IMG/VR virus record: IMGVR_UViG_2974679032_000001
Span: 1 to 64,000 of that record
Source of the DNA: a virus
Taxonomy: Duplodnaviria; Caudoviricetes
DNA length: 64,000 nt
Direction: 5' to 3' (one strand)
Positions within the stretch are counted from its first letter, which is position 1; every line of letters starts with the position of its first letter. Positions 46,073-56,619 of this stretch are shown one piece after another. The notes under the pieces were generated by a model. That model searched no databases, was not told where the DNA came from, and saw only the letters and a program-made list of their open reading frames with translations. The position numbers and the translations under genes were made by a program.

Positions 46073-46714
46073 TCAGCCAGCCTGGGCCTTGCGCCACTCC
46101 TGGAACAGAGCCTGGTCCTCCTCGTCGGCGGCGACGATGATCACCGGCGGCGACTGACCCTGCTTCTTCTGGCCCAGCTCGATGCGCCCGAGCACCCAGG
46201 CGGTGCCGTTGTCGAGCGCCTTCTTGCCCTCGCGGACCAGCGGCTTGTTGAAGATCAGCACGTCATCGACGCGCTCGCCCACCTCGTAGGCGTCGAACGT
46301 CTCGACATCGCCGTCCTTGTTGAGCACGGCGACGTTGCCGTCCTCGTCCAGCACGGCCGGGTTCCGCGTGAGGTTACCGGCCTGCGGCACCGTCAGCGGG
46401 ATGATGTCGAACCGGACGTACTCGCTCTGCGGGTTCTCCGGCGTGTTCGAGCTGGTCTTCATCCAGCCGGTCTCGGTCGCGTGCATCAGGACCAGCTGGC
46501 CCATGAACGCGATGGGCTTGTAGCCGCTGACCCCGGTGGGGTTGGCGACGTTGCCGAACGGGTCGCCCTTGGCCTTGACCGTGGCGGCGGGAGCGCCGTC
46601 CTCGGAGCCAGCGTTGGTGACCTCATCCGGCGGGGCGCTGCGACCCTTGGCGGGCGCGGTGGCGGTGGCGGTGGCGGTGCCGCCACCCTTCTTGTCGAAC
46701 GGTGAACCGGCCAT
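46073..46714 (-). CDS. hypothetical protein (possible ssDNA-binding/recombination partner)
   Basis: GAAGGAGG RBS; follows the exonuclease; function inferred from position only. Confidence 0.65.
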   Translation of the reverse strand: MAGSPFDKKGGGTATATATAPAKGRSAPPDEVTNAGSEDGAPAATVKAKGDPFGNVANPTGVSGYKPIAFMGQLVLMHATETGWMKTSSNTPENPQSEYVRFDIIPLTVPQAGNLTRNPAVLDEDGNVAVLNKDGDVETFDAYEVGERVDDVLIFNKPLVREGKKALDNGTAWVLGRIELGQKKQGQSPPVIIVAADEEDQALFQEWRKAQAG

Positions 46715-46817
46715 GTGGCTGGCCCTCCTTCTTGGTTGTGCGCGTGCGTGTTTGCGTGCGCGTTTTCATGTGACCGGGCGTGATGCCGCGCTCCGATGGA
46801 GCCGCCAGCCCGAGGGA

Positions 46818-48176
46818 CTACTGATCGAGCAGCGCCGCCAATCGCTCGGCGTGCTCCCCCAGGGCGTCGTCCCAAACGTCCTGGTAGCTCTCATAAACGG
46901 CCTGGCCCTGCTCCAGGCTCTCGATGGCGCTCAGCTCGGCGAACGCGGTGGCGTAGCGGATCGTGTCCTCGCTGGGCACCGGGATCGCGTGCTTGGGCAC
47001 CTCGGTCTTGGCCTCCTTGCGGCGGCGGCGGGTCTCCAGGCTGGCCACCATCGTCTCCGCGCCCCAGAGCATGTCGATGGTGATAGCGGCGGCGCGCTCG
47101 GGCTGATCGCTGGGGAGGTGGAGGAGCACCGCGAAGTCGCGCCGGACCTCGGGGAAGTCCTCCCAGCTCTTGCCGTCGTTGGCCAGAATCTTGGTGGCCC
47201 AGCCGTAGACCCCGCCGACCTGGACGCCATAGCTGAGCCAGCTGTACTGGAGATCCTTGTTCGTTTTCACGTCGAGGAGCACCAGCTCGCCGGTCTCGAC
47301 CAGCCGACCAATGCCGTCGATCTTCCCGGCTACGGTCTCCTCGCCCTGGTCGTTGAGGATCGTGCGCTCGGTGTACTCGGGCAGCACCACGATGCCGCGG
47401 TGAGCCAGCACGCGCATCCCGGCCTCGACGTGGGGCCGGACCACCTCGGGCACATCGCGCAGGAGCACCGCCCCGGCATGGATCGCGCCCAGCCAGGCGT
47501 GCGCGCACTCGCCCAGCTCGCGGCTGTAGGCCCCGCCCATGAGGTTGTCGATGACATCGAGGGTGTTGTCCAGCTCGGTGACCTTGGGAGCCGCCAGCGC
47601 CTTCTCCAGCGCCGCCATCGCCTCGCCCGCCGTGGTGCCGGTCGGCTGATGGATCACCTGGTCGGGGTCGATCCTGGCCAGCTCCAGCACGCGCTTGGCG
47701 GTCTCGCGGCGCTTCCATCGGCTTAGCCCATATGTCTCATCGAGGGTGTCGGCGATGGTGGTGGCCCGAGGGAACCCGGTGGTCATCCCGGTGGTCGGAG
47801 CCGGGAGCTGATACCACCCCCAGCCGTTGAACTTGGAGGTCGGGCGCTCCGGCTCGGGCGGCAGCGGGAGGCGCTCCCATTGCGTGGCGCGCGGCGCTGG
47901 CTCGAAGTCATCGGTCAAGGCGGTCATATTGCTCTCCTGCGGTTGTGGGTTGGCCTCCGGCGGCGCTGATACCGCCGGAGGGGAGATCGGCGCTCCTGGA
48001 GGCGCTGAGCCTGCCGGGAGCGGTGCTGGCGCGCCGGGCGCGCGATAGCTCGGGTCGGCCTGCTCGATGTTGGGACTCCAGCCGTCCTGAGCGCCCTTGC
48101 CGGAGCGATACCAGACCGTCCCGTCGGGCTGGCGGCGGGCCGGATACATCTCGGCGACGGTGAGGCTGCGGCTCAT
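46818..48176 (-). CDS. PD-(D/E)XK / Cas4-RecB-like exonuclease (alternative start 47927)
   Basis: LGECAH, E.TI, AGKIDG, LLDVKT, Q...Y. Confidence 0.8.
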   Translation of the reverse strand: MSRSLTVAEMYPARRQPDGTVWYRSGKGAQDGWSPNIEQADPSYRAPGAPAPLPAGSAPPGAPISPPAVSAPPEANPQPQESNMTALTDDFEPAPRATQWERLPLPPEPERPTSKFNGWGWYQLPAPTTGMTTGFPRATTIADTLDETYGLSRWKRRETAKRVLELARIDPDQVIHQPTGTTAGEAMAALEKALAAPKVTELDNTLDVIDNLMGGAYSRELGECAHAWLGAIHAGAVLLRDVPEVVRPHVEAGMRVLAHRGIVVLPEYTERTILNDQGEETVAGKIDGIGRLVETGELVLLDVKTNKDLQYSWLSYGVQVGGVYGWATKILANDGKSWEDFPEVRRDFAVLLHLPSDQPERAAAITIDMLWGAETMVASLETRRRRKEAKTEVPKHAIPVPSEDTIRYATAFAELSAIESLEQGQAVYESYQDVWDDALGEHAERLAALLDQ

Positions 48177-48658
48177 CGGCTCATCAGCGCCCGGTAGTCG
48201 AACCGATCTCCGAGGGCCTCGATGATCGAGACCGGCTCGCCGACGTGATCGAGGAGGTGGTTGTCGAAGATGCGCGAGTACTTGGGCACCTTGACCTCGC
48301 CGCGCACGAACGCCTGGCCGTGCTCGGTGATCCGCCAATACCCGGCGCGCCCGCCGTCCTCGCGCGGGATGGTGTTCTCCTCGATCAGGCCCCAGCGCCG
48401 GAGCATCGCCCAGGAGCCGCCCAGCTGGGCGGTGTCGGCGAAGGTCGGCGCGTGGAACCATTCGCCGCCGTGCTCGCGCTCGGCCAGGATCAGCGCGCGG
48501 GCCTCGCTGGCGTGGATCGAGCGCGAGTACACCTTCACGCGCTGGGTGCAGCAAGGGCACTCGCCGCCCTCGGGGTCATACATGACCGTCTCTAGCCAGT
48601 CCCGCCCGGCCTGGATCGTGGCGTCCAGGCCCGGCGGCGGCGTGCGCTCCTCGGACAT
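48173..48658 (-). CDS. hypothetical protein (CPCC plus winged-helix-like)
   Basis: LRRWGLIE..GYWRITEHGQAF; coupled to the helicase. Confidence 0.7.
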   Translation of the reverse strand: MSEERTPPPGLDATIQAGRDWLETVMYDPEGGECPCCTQRVKVYSRSIHASEARALILAEREHGGEWFHAPTFADTAQLGGSWAMLRRWGLIEENTIPREDGGRAGYWRITEHGQAFVRGEVKVPKYSRIFDNHLLDHVGEPVSIIEALGDRFDYRALMSR

Positions 48659-50361
48659 CAGTTCTCGATCCCCCGGTCGAGCACCCGGCTGGCCAGCTTG
48701 ATGCTGATCTCATCGCTCAGGCGCGCCTTGGTCATGCCGTCGAACCCGACGATCTTGAGGTTCTTGGCGAACCGCTTCTGCGCCTCGCTGGGCGGCTGGT
48801 TGCGCCGCCAGCTGGCCGTGCGCGCCGGGAGCTGTTGGTCGCTCTCCACGATCCAGATTTCAGCCGCCTCCAGCGCCGCCGGGAGGTCGGTGTAGTCGGG
48901 GCCGTCCTCGCTGACGTAGCGCCCCGAGGCGGTGACCCAGCCGCCCTTGCCCGAGCGGGTGTTGATCTGACCGACCGCCCAGGTGGTCTCGTCAGGAGCG
49001 CCCTCGCGGCCGGGGCGGAGGCCATCCTTGGGCCAGACGAACACGACCTCGCCGTTCTCCATGAGGTTGATGAAGGGCACGCCCTTGGGCGTCTCCAGCC
49101 AGAGGGTGTCGTCGTTGGCCAGCAGGTCGATGGTGACCATATCGACCGGCCCCTGGCGCACCAGCTTGATGTCCGGCTCGCCGGAGTCCTCCAGCGCGTG
49201 CTCCGGCTCCATCTCCAGCTCATTGCCCAGCTCGTCAACGTCCTTGGTGTCCGCGCCGGGGAGGAGCTGGGTCAGGGTGACCAGCTTCATCTGGCGGGCC
49301 GAGCCAGCCAGGTCGAGCACCAGCGCGTCGGTCTTGCCGGGGTAGAGGCGCAGCGCCCGGCCGACCATCTGGCTGTAGAGATTGCGCGAGCGCGTCGGCC
49401 GCGCCAGCACCACGGTGTCGCACATGGGGAAGTCAGCGCCCTCGGTGAGCACCTGGACGGTGACCAGGGCGCGGGCCTCGCCGGAGCGGAAGGCGGCGTA
49501 GACCGGCTGGCGGGCCTCGTAGCTCATCGCGCCGGTCACCGCGACGGCCGGGTAGTCGGCCTCGGTGAGCGCCTCGGCGATGTGATGGGCGGCGTCCACG
49601 CTGGCGGCGAAGATGATCGGCTGGCGGTCGGCGGCGTGGAGCTTGATCGCGTCCACGACGTACTCGGTCGCGGCCTCCATCACCTCGGCCAGCTCGCCCT
49701 GGTGGAAGTCTCCGGCGACATTGCGCACGTCATCGAGGGCGTTGAGGCCCTTGATCCGAACGGTCAGTCCGCGCGGCTCGACCAGGAACCCCTTGCGGAT
49801 CGCCCACTTGATGTCCTTCTCGTAGGCGATGGACTCGATGACATCGCCCAGGCCGATCACGCCGCGCTGGTCGCGGTACATGGTGGCGGTGAACCCGGCC
49901 ATCAGCGCGTGGTCATAGCCGCCCAGCTCGGAGAACGTGGTGTGGAACCCCTCGGCTCCGGCGTGGTGGACCTCATCCCAGTAGATGCGCGTGCGCCTCC
50001 CCAGGGCCTCGCGGCGATGAGCGGTGGCGAGGGTCTGGAGGGTGGCGAACACGATCGGGCAGTGGTGGTCATCCTCCTCGGCGCGCACGATGCCGATGTC
50101 GGTCAGCGGGATGGTGGGGTCCACCGCGAGCAGGTCGCGCTTCATCTGGTCGAGCAGCTCGCCGCGGTGGGCCAGGGCCACGACCGGCTCGCCAGCGCGG
50201 TAGTCGCGGCGGATGCGCTCGCCGATCACGGTGGACTTGCCGGAGCCGGTGGGGAGCACGACGCCAGTGCGGCGCTTGCCCTTGGCCCACTCACGCTCGA
50301 TGGCGTCGGCGGCAGCCGCCTGGTAATCGCGCAGCTCGCGTGGGGCGATAGAGGTGGTCAT
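48658..50361 (-). CDS. SF2 DNA helicase
   Basis: LRDYQ, PTGSGKS, DEVHH, TAT, EGADFP, QMVGRALR. Confidence 0.93.
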   Translation of the reverse strand: MTTSIAPRELRDYQAAAADAIEREWAKGKRRTGVVLPTGSGKSTVIGERIRRDYRAGEPVVALAHRGELLDQMKRDLLAVDPTIPLTDIGIVRAEEDDHHCPIVFATLQTLATAHRREALGRRTRIYWDEVHHAGAEGFHTTFSELGGYDHALMAGFTATMYRDQRGVIGLGDVIESIAYEKDIKWAIRKGFLVEPRGLTVRIKGLNALDDVRNVAGDFHQGELAEVMEAATEYVVDAIKLHAADRQPIIFAASVDAAHHIAEALTEADYPAVAVTGAMSYEARQPVYAAFRSGEARALVTVQVLTEGADFPMCDTVVLARPTRSRNLYSQMVGRALRLYPGKTDALVLDLAGSARQMKLVTLTQLLPGADTKDVDELGNELEMEPEHALEDSGEPDIKLVRQGPVDMVTIDLLANDDTLWLETPKGVPFINLMENGEVVFVWPKDGLRPGREGAPDETTWAVGQINTRSGKGGWVTASGRYVSEDGPDYTDLPAALEAAEIWIVESDQQLPARTASWRRNQPPSEAQKRFAKNLKIVGFDGMTKARLSDEISIKLASRVLDRGIEN

Positions 50362-50482
50362 CGTGTTCCTGTTCGTGCTGGTCAGAGTGCGTGTGTATGT
50401 GTGGAGGCCCAGCCGGGCGGGATCGCCTCCCGGCCGGACTTCCATCAGCCTATCAACACTTGCCCGAATTGGGAGGGTTATC

Positions 50483-53233
50483 TCAATCCGAGTCGGTGAT
50501 CTCTTGCGCCGCCCTGGTCCGCGCCTGGTCAGGCGTGGTGGTGTCAGGGATGTAGCGCGAGCCGGACGGGGTGCCGGTGAGGGTCTGGATCAGCCCGTAG
50601 CGCAGACCCCGGTCAACCGCCTCGGAGATGCGCTGCTTCCAGTACGCCTCGGTGTCCGAGCGCGAGAGCGCGTAGGCCGAGGGCCGCACCGCCCTGGCGA
50701 TCTCGGCGCGGGTAGCGCCCTGCTGGGGCAGGTTGTCCACCATCTGCCGGACGCGGATCGCGGTCTCGACCACCGGCTCGGGCAGCGGCCTGGCCAGAAC
50801 GACCTCGCCCTGCATCGGATCGACATCGCCGTTGGGGCCGGTGATGAGCGGCGCGCTGATCTGGTCGCCGAGCGGGTGGTTGATCATCAGCAGCGGCAGC
50901 GGGTTCTCCAGCTGCTCGGCGTTCTTCTGCTTGGAGGTGATCAGCTCGATGGCCTTGCCGGGCAGCCGCCCGTCGGAGTCAGCGATCTGGGAGATGTCCC
51001 AGGTGGCCAGCCGGATGAGCAGCTCGGAGTCCAGCGCACCGTTGAGCGCCGAGGAGCCGCGCGCGACATCGGGCGCGCCCTTGGCCGTGTGGTGAACCAC
51101 GCACACCCCGGCGTTGGTCAGCTCCTTGAGCTTGTCGAACCGGCGCACCGCCTTGCCGACATCGGTGGCCGAGTTCTCCTCCAGGCCCGCGCTCATCCGA
51201 GCGAAGGTGTCGAAGATGACCAGGCCGATGCCCTGGCGGGCGATGTAGGCGGCGATCTCGCCCCATGCCTCGTTGGAGGCGTTGACCAGGATGATGCCGT
51301 TCCCGAGGAGGAGATCGTCGGCGAGATCGACGCCGTGGGCGTCCTCCCAGGCGCGGATGCGCTGGACCGCGCCCGAGAGGCCCTCGCCGGGGAGGTAGAG
51401 CACCTTGGTCTTGAGCGTGCGCCGCCCCTGCCACCGCTTGCCGGTGGCGATGTGGCAGGCCATGTCGAGGCCGACCGTGCTCTTGCCGACGCCCGGCGAG
51501 CCGATGATGCAGCTCAGCCCGCCGTGCTCGATCAAGCCGTCGATGATGTACTCCGGCGGCGGCATATCCCGCCAGTGCGAGAACGGCGCGATCCGAGGCA
51601 CCCCGTTGTGCGGGCTGTCGAACACGTCGGGGTCGGGATCGTCCACCTGGTCGGGGTAGGGCGAGTCGGCCTTCTCCTTCTTGCCGAAGTCGGCCGGGAG
51701 ATCGGCCGGGTCCATCGAGACCGGCGCGGCGGCTGGCTCGGAGCGCGGCGGCTCCGCGTCGGCCAGGTGCCCGCCGGTCTCGGCGGCGTCGTCCTCGTCG
51801 GCGGCGTGCCAGACCACCCCGTCGTCGTCGGCGACGAACAGGCCCAGGTCGGTCTGGCAGGAGCGGCAGAAGTTCACGCCCAGCTGGCGCGCCTCCTCGG
51901 CTGGCTCCGGCTCCGGCGCGGCCGGGAGCGAGAAGTCGCCGTCGGAGTCCTTGCCCTCCAGATCGGCATCGACGCCCTTGGGATCGAGGCCCGGCTCCAC
52001 GCTGATGTCGGGCGTGAGGCCCAGCTCGTCCATCGCCTTGCCGACATTGCCGCCGAACGAGATCAGGCTGACGGCCTGGAGCTTGGAGAACGTCGGGGTC
52101 CAGCCCGGCTCGTCCATCCCATCGGTGAAGGGCGGCGCGTCGTGGTCGGTCCACAGATGCAGCGGCGCGTTGACGCTGGTGTAGCGCCCGGCCGAGCAGC
52201 CCGCGTCGTGAGCGGTGGCGCTCTTGGGGCTGGCGTGCAGCCCAGGAGCCGTCCAGACCGCGCATCCGCAGGAGTCGGCCCGAGGAGCCGGGGTCCAGCC
52301 GAGCGGCTCCAGGATCGCGCTCCAGGGCACCTGCTCGGCCCAGCGATCCACCTCGTCGGCCAGGCCCTCGTTGTCGGTGGTCCGGCCCTTCTCGTCGGCC
52401 AGGGCGGCGCGCTCGATGCGGTGCTGGCCCGCCTTGATGATCTCCTCGCCCAGCCAGGGCGGGAGGTCGTAGACGTGGCCGAGCTGCTCGTAGCGCCCCT
52501 CGGGCCTGGTGCTCGGCGGGATCAGGACATACCGGCGATCCCAGAGCACGGCGAACCCATGATCGCCGCCCCAGGTCATCGCGCCGATGTGGCGCGGGAG
52601 CACCGGCATCAGCTCGTCGGGCACGGTGAAGTAGAAGTGCCCGCCGTCGGAGTGCGCCCAGGTGCCGTCGGCGCTCTGCTGGCCAGGAGTCAGGATCGTC
52701 GGAGCCGGGGCCTGGTCGGGGTCGATCTCGGCCACCTCGTACCAGCGGTCCAGCTGGGCCTTGGTGTCGCAGTCGATGACCACCACGCCGGAGCCGCCCA
52801 CCTCGATGGCCAGGTTGACCGCCGCTGGCTCGTCCATGTAAATCTCGTCGGCGTCGGCAGCCTTCTTGGAGTACTCGACCACCGCGTTCTCGCCGTCATC
52901 GACCTTGCGCCAGGTGGAGAACAGCTCGACGTACCTCTTGAGGTAGCGGTCGAGGGTGGCCTTGTCCGAGGTGGCCAGCGCCAGCCCGGCCGGACTCTTG
53001 ACCGATGCCCAGTCCTTGCGCCCGGCGTCGGCGGCGGCAGCTTGCGCGGCCTTGTCGTCGGCGCGGCGCTTGGCCGGGGTCCGCAGATCGGCGGGCACCT
53101 TGGAGTTCGGATAGATGAACAGGATGCTCAGCCCGAGATCGGCGGCGGAGCGGATGAAGGCCCGCACCGCGTCGTGATCGCGGTTGTCGATCCCGGTGCC
53201 GAGGACGGCCTCCAGTGGTTGTGAGCCGAGCAT
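50483..53233 (-). CDS. primase-polymerase / RepA-type helicase fusion
   Basis: VVIDCD and GGHFYF Prim-Pol motifs; GSPGVGKS, IFDTFAR, ENSA, VVHHTAK, RGSSAL. Confidence 0.9.
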   Translation of the reverse strand: MLGSQPLEAVLGTGIDNRDHDAVRAFIRSAADLGLSILFIYPNSKVPADLRTPAKRRADDKAAQAAAADAGRKDWASVKSPAGLALATSDKATLDRYLKRYVELFSTWRKVDDGENAVVEYSKKAADADEIYMDEPAAVNLAIEVGGSGVVVIDCDTKAQLDRWYEVAEIDPDQAPAPTILTPGQQSADGTWAHSDGGHFYFTVPDELMPVLPRHIGAMTWGGDHGFAVLWDRRYVLIPPSTRPEGRYEQLGHVYDLPPWLGEEIIKAGQHRIERAALADEKGRTTDNEGLADEVDRWAEQVPWSAILEPLGWTPAPRADSCGCAVWTAPGLHASPKSATAHDAGCSAGRYTSVNAPLHLWTDHDAPPFTDGMDEPGWTPTFSKLQAVSLISFGGNVGKAMDELGLTPDISVEPGLDPKGVDADLEGKDSDGDFSLPAAPEPEPAEEARQLGVNFCRSCQTDLGLFVADDDGVVWHAADEDDAAETGGHLADAEPPRSEPAAAPVSMDPADLPADFGKKEKADSPYPDQVDDPDPDVFDSPHNGVPRIAPFSHWRDMPPPEYIIDGLIEHGGLSCIIGSPGVGKSTVGLDMACHIATGKRWQGRRTLKTKVLYLPGEGLSGAVQRIRAWEDAHGVDLADDLLLGNGIILVNASNEAWGEIAAYIARQGIGLVIFDTFARMSAGLEENSATDVGKAVRRFDKLKELTNAGVCVVHHTAKGAPDVARGSSALNGALDSELLIRLATWDISQIADSDGRLPGKAIELITSKQKNAEQLENPLPLLMINHPLGDQISAPLITGPNGDVDPMQGEVVLARPLPEPVVETAIRVRQMVDNLPQQGATRAEIARAVRPSAYALSRSDTEAYWKQRISEAVDRGLRYGLIQTLTGTPSGSRYIPDTTTPDQARTRAAQEITDSD

Positions 53234-53718
53234 CAGAGATACCGCCCTTCGGTCGCCGCGACCTCGGCCCCAAGAGCCGCGTAGCCTACGGCGTCATCCC
53301 AGGAGTCGGTGTGGTTGGGCGTCTCGGCCAGCCGCCCGAGCTTGACCGCGATCATGCAGAGCGCGTACTGCTCCGCGGTGACCTCCTCCAGGCCCAGGAT
53401 CGCCGCCCACATCTTGCCGATGCGGGTGAAGCTCGGCTCGGGCGAGCCATAGCTGCGCTGGCGCTCGCCGGAGATCGCCTCGCTGGCCCGGCGCAGCACC
53501 CGGTCGCGCTCGGTCTGGACGCGGGTGACCGGCTCGATGGGCGGCGGGTCCGCGTAGAGCTGCGGGCCGGGGCCGGTCCATCCCTCGGCGGCGCGCAGAG
53601 CGTCCTCCAGCGGATGGTCAGAGCCACAGCAGCCTTGCTCGGGGAGGTGCTCCCCGGTGGCGCGGCGCTGGCCGTCGGCGGCGCGCTTGACCACCTCGAT
53701 GTCATCGGATTGAGACAT
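53233..53718 (-). CDS. DUF6378-like protein
   Basis: GERQRSYGSP..F.RI..MW, MIAVKLGR, DSWDDAVGYAAL; GAAGGAG RBS. Confidence 0.75.
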   Translation of the reverse strand: MSQSDDIEVVKRAADGQRRATGEHLPEQGCCGSDHPLEDALRAAEGWTGPGPQLYADPPPIEPVTRVQTERDRVLRRASEAISGERQRSYGSPEPSFTRIGKMWAAILGLEEVTAEQYALCMIAVKLGRLAETPNHTDSWDDAVGYAALGAEVAATEGRYL

Positions 53719-53832
53719 GATTCTCCTTCGTGGTTGTGAGGCAAGGCCAGCCAGCCTATGCCCTGGTCGGCCGGTCTCCCACCGGCCGGAATATCTAGGG
53801 CGCGTTGCGATCACGCACCCCCAGATCGTGGG

Positions 53833-55662
53833 TCATACCTTCGCCCAGTGGCTCCCCATATCCGCCCGGTCGGTGCGCAGCACCGGCTCGCGCTCAGCCC
53901 AGGCCACCAGGAACGGCGGCGGGGTCAGCATGATCTTCTGGACCTGCTCGGCGACCTCGGTATCGACCACCACCTCGTCGTGCATCGCCAGCTGGAGATG
54001 GTCGCCGAGGCCCTGCTCCTCCATCGTCACGATCGTGTGCGCGAGCACGTCATAGGCGCTGCCCTGGACGGTGTAGTTGACCGCCTTGAACACCCCGCCG
54101 GGATCGACGGGCAGGATGCGCCCGCCCACGGTGATCGTCCGGCCGCTGGCCTCGGCCACGTCCTGGACGCGGAACATCCACCGCTCGCACTTCTTCATCG
54201 CCTCGAACATCTGCCGCCTGATCTGAGCGGCGCTCTCCTCGGTGTGGCCGATGGTCGCGGCCAGCTTGGCGATCCCCGAGCCGTACATGGTCGAGAGGAG
54301 CACCACCTTGGCGGTGTCGCGGTCACAGCCGCAGCTGCGCTCGATGGGTCCGTAGAGGTCCAGGCCCTCCTCGTAGGCGCGGAGAAACTCATGGTCCTTG
54401 GCCATGTTCGCCATCGTCACCGGCTCGATCTGGCTCCAGTCGATGGAGGTGAGGCCCTGGCCGTCGTCGCAGATGATCGCGCGGGCCTCCTTGGGGAACT
54501 GCTGGAGTTCGGGCGAGCCGTAGCTCATCCGGCCGGTGGCGCTGGCCCCGAGCACGGCCACCTGGGGATGGCAGCGGCCGGTCACGCTGGCCTGGCGATC
54601 CACCTTCTCCAGATAGCCCATCACCTTCTCGATCTGGGCCAGCTTGCGCTGAGCGCCCGCGAGCGGGTTGATCTCGGCCAGCGCCTCCATGTCGGCCTTG
54701 GTGGCGCGCAGCTTGCCGCCGGGCGTGCGCGGCCAGGGCCGGGGCAGCTCGCCGCGCTCATCGAGATACTCGACCAGCTTGGCTCCCTTGCCGGTGCCGC
54801 CCTCCAGGCCATGCGCAGCCAGCTCGGCGATGGCCAGGTTGCGCTCGATGTCCACCTCCTCGGCGTAGCGGTCCAGGTAGGCCCGGTCCACGTTGAGGCC
54901 CACCGCAGAGCGCCGCATCATCACCTGGTGGACGATCTCCTGGGTGCGGATCAGCGACTCGGCCTCGGCCGGGGTCTGGGCGGCGGAGTAGGTGTTGACG
55001 AACGGGTGGTCCAGGCTCCAGTCGATGGCCATCTGGCGCATCACCGGCTCCAGCTCCAGGGTGGCCACGGTGTCGGCCATCGCCCCGAACCGATAGATCG
55101 GACTCGAGATGTCCATGCCCTCGAACCCGGCCTGGATGGTGCGGTAGCCGCTGGCCTTGAACGCGCGCTCCATCCCGCCCTTGCTCTCGGTCCAGCCCAG
55201 GAACTTGGTGACCAGCTGCTCCAGCTTCTTGCCCTGGCCATAGGGCGGCGGCTCGGGCAGGGCGAAGCGGGCCAGCAGCACGGTGTCGGCAATCTTGTCG
55301 ATCATCGCCTTGCTCAGCAGCCCGGCGTGATAGAGCGGCGGCACGTCGAACGCGGCGTTGTGCAGGATCAGCTTCCCGGCCTTGGCGTTGATCTCCTCGA
55401 CCAGCTCGCCGTGCCCAGCTGTGCGGCGCGGATCGAGCAGCACCGCCTTCACGCCGGAGCCGTCATCCCAGGCGGCGGTGACGCAGTTGATCTCGAAGTT
55501 GCGGTCCAGGCCAGGAGTCTCGATGTCGATGGCCACCGCGAGGTTGGCGGGCATCGCTCCCACGGCGCGCTCGGCCTCGGCCCCGGTGCTGAGCGTTGCG
55601 CCCAGCACCGGGTCGAACCAGCGCCGCGAGGGCACCCGAGGGATCGCCTCAGTCGTTGTCAC
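53833..55662 (-). CDS. polA: DNA polymerase family A with 3'-5' exonuclease
   Basis: DIET, HNAAFD, TGRMS..PELQQ, DWSQIE, KVVLLSTMYG, NYTVQGSA, MHDE. Confidence 0.95.
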   Translation of the reverse strand: MTTTEAIPRVPSRRWFDPVLGATLSTGAEAERAVGAMPANLAVAIDIETPGLDRNFEINCVTAAWDDGSGVKAVLLDPRRTAGHGELVEEINAKAGKLILHNAAFDVPPLYHAGLLSKAMIDKIADTVLLARFALPEPPPYGQGKKLEQLVTKFLGWTESKGGMERAFKASGYRTIQAGFEGMDISSPIYRFGAMADTVATLELEPVMRQMAIDWSLDHPFVNTYSAAQTPAEAESLIRTQEIVHQVMMRRSAVGLNVDRAYLDRYAEEVDIERNLAIAELAAHGLEGGTGKGAKLVEYLDERGELPRPWPRTPGGKLRATKADMEALAEINPLAGAQRKLAQIEKVMGYLEKVDRQASVTGRCHPQVAVLGASATGRMSYGSPELQQFPKEARAIICDDGQGLTSIDWSQIEPVTMANMAKDHEFLRAYEEGLDLYGPIERSCGCDRDTAKVVLLSTMYGSGIAKLAATIGHTEESAAQIRRQMFEAMKKCERWMFRVQDVAEASGRTITVGGRILPVDPGGVFKAVNYTVQGSAYDVLAHTIVTMEEQGLGDHLQLAMHDEVVVDTEVAEQVQKIMLTPPPFLVAWAEREPVLRTDRADMGSHWAKV

Positions 55663-56218
55663 GATCCGCCTCGTCTGCCACCGCGTCGAACGGGCTGGGG
55701 ATCGAGGCGATGATCTGGTCCAGCTCGGGGTCGGCCTCCTCGCGGTCGAGCCAGTTCTCGAAGTTCTCGGCCGCGCGCAGCACGCACTGGCGCAGCCACT
55801 TGTCGAACTCGCGCTCGCTCACGTCCACCTTGACCTTGCCGCCCCGGTCGAACGGGACCGGCGCGGTCCCGGCGAACAGGCGAGCGGCGCACTCCAGCGC
55901 CTTCTCCCGGCCCCAGGTGCCGCCGGACACCTCGGCCAGCGCCTCGCCCAGGATGGGCAGCTCGGCGGGCAGGTAGTGATCGGGGTTGAACGTGCCCAGC
56001 CTCACCACCTGGGCCGGGAACGTCACCCCGGCCTCCTCGATGGTGTGCGGCGACCAGCCGCCAGGAGATACCCAGACCACCGCGTGGCCGTCCTCGATCT
56101 CGCGCCGGATGAACGCGACGGCCTCGCTGGTCGGATCGCCCGCGATGCGCTGCCAGCTGATGATGGTGCCGTCGGGCAGGGTCTCCAGGTGCCGCGCATC
56201 GCGGATCAGCCCGTTCAC
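55649..56218 (-). CDS. hypothetical protein
   Basis: GTG overlapping the upstream stop; LETLPDGTII. Confidence 0.7.
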   Translation of the reverse strand: MNGLIRDARHLETLPDGTIISWQRIAGDPTSEAVAFIRREIEDGHAVVWVSPGGWSPHTIEEAGVTFPAQVVRLGTFNPDHYLPAELPILGEALAEVSGGTWGREKALECAARLFAGTAPVPFDRGGKVKVDVSEREFDKWLRQCVLRAAENFENWLDREEADPELDQIIASIPSPFDAVADEADRDND

Positions 56219-56619
56219 TTGGCCCCGCCATTGGCGTAGACCGCGACCCGGTTCTCGTAGTAGGTGATCGCCTGCTGGATCGCCTCGGGCAGATCGGTGC
56301 GCTCGAACTTGCCGCCCCACCGGCCCCAGTTGTGGTGGCGGGTGACCTTCTCGGATGTCTTGCCGTCCTTGAGGCGCTGCGGGCCGGAGACGAACACGCG
56401 GGTCAGCTTGCCGTTCTCCCAGTGGACCTCGCACCAGTTCGGCTCGAACGTGGCCCGGCCATGATCGGCCGAGAGGTCATCGAGCGCGCCGTCGCGCACC
56501 GCGAAGCGGGCCAGGTGATGGACATCGGTGGAGCTGTCGCCGTCGGCCTCGCGGTCAACGACGGTCTTGGTCGTGCTGCGCAGGAACGTGATCCCGCGCG
56601 GCTCGGTGGGCTGGGTCAT
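56215..56619 (-). CDS. hypothetical protein
   Basis: GAAGGAG RBS; VSGPQRLKDG. Confidence 0.7.
   Translation of the reverse strand: MTQPTEPRGITFLRSTTKTVVDREADGDSSTDVHHLARFAVRDGALDDLSADHGRATFEPNWCEVHWENGKLTRVFVSGPQRLKDGKTSEKVTRHHNWGRWGGKFERTDLPEAIQQAITYYENRVAVYANGGAK

Noticed and set aside
46818-48176. Cas4-like nuclease as evidence of CRISPR
   Set aside because: Stand-alone phage exonuclease; no array or other cas genes
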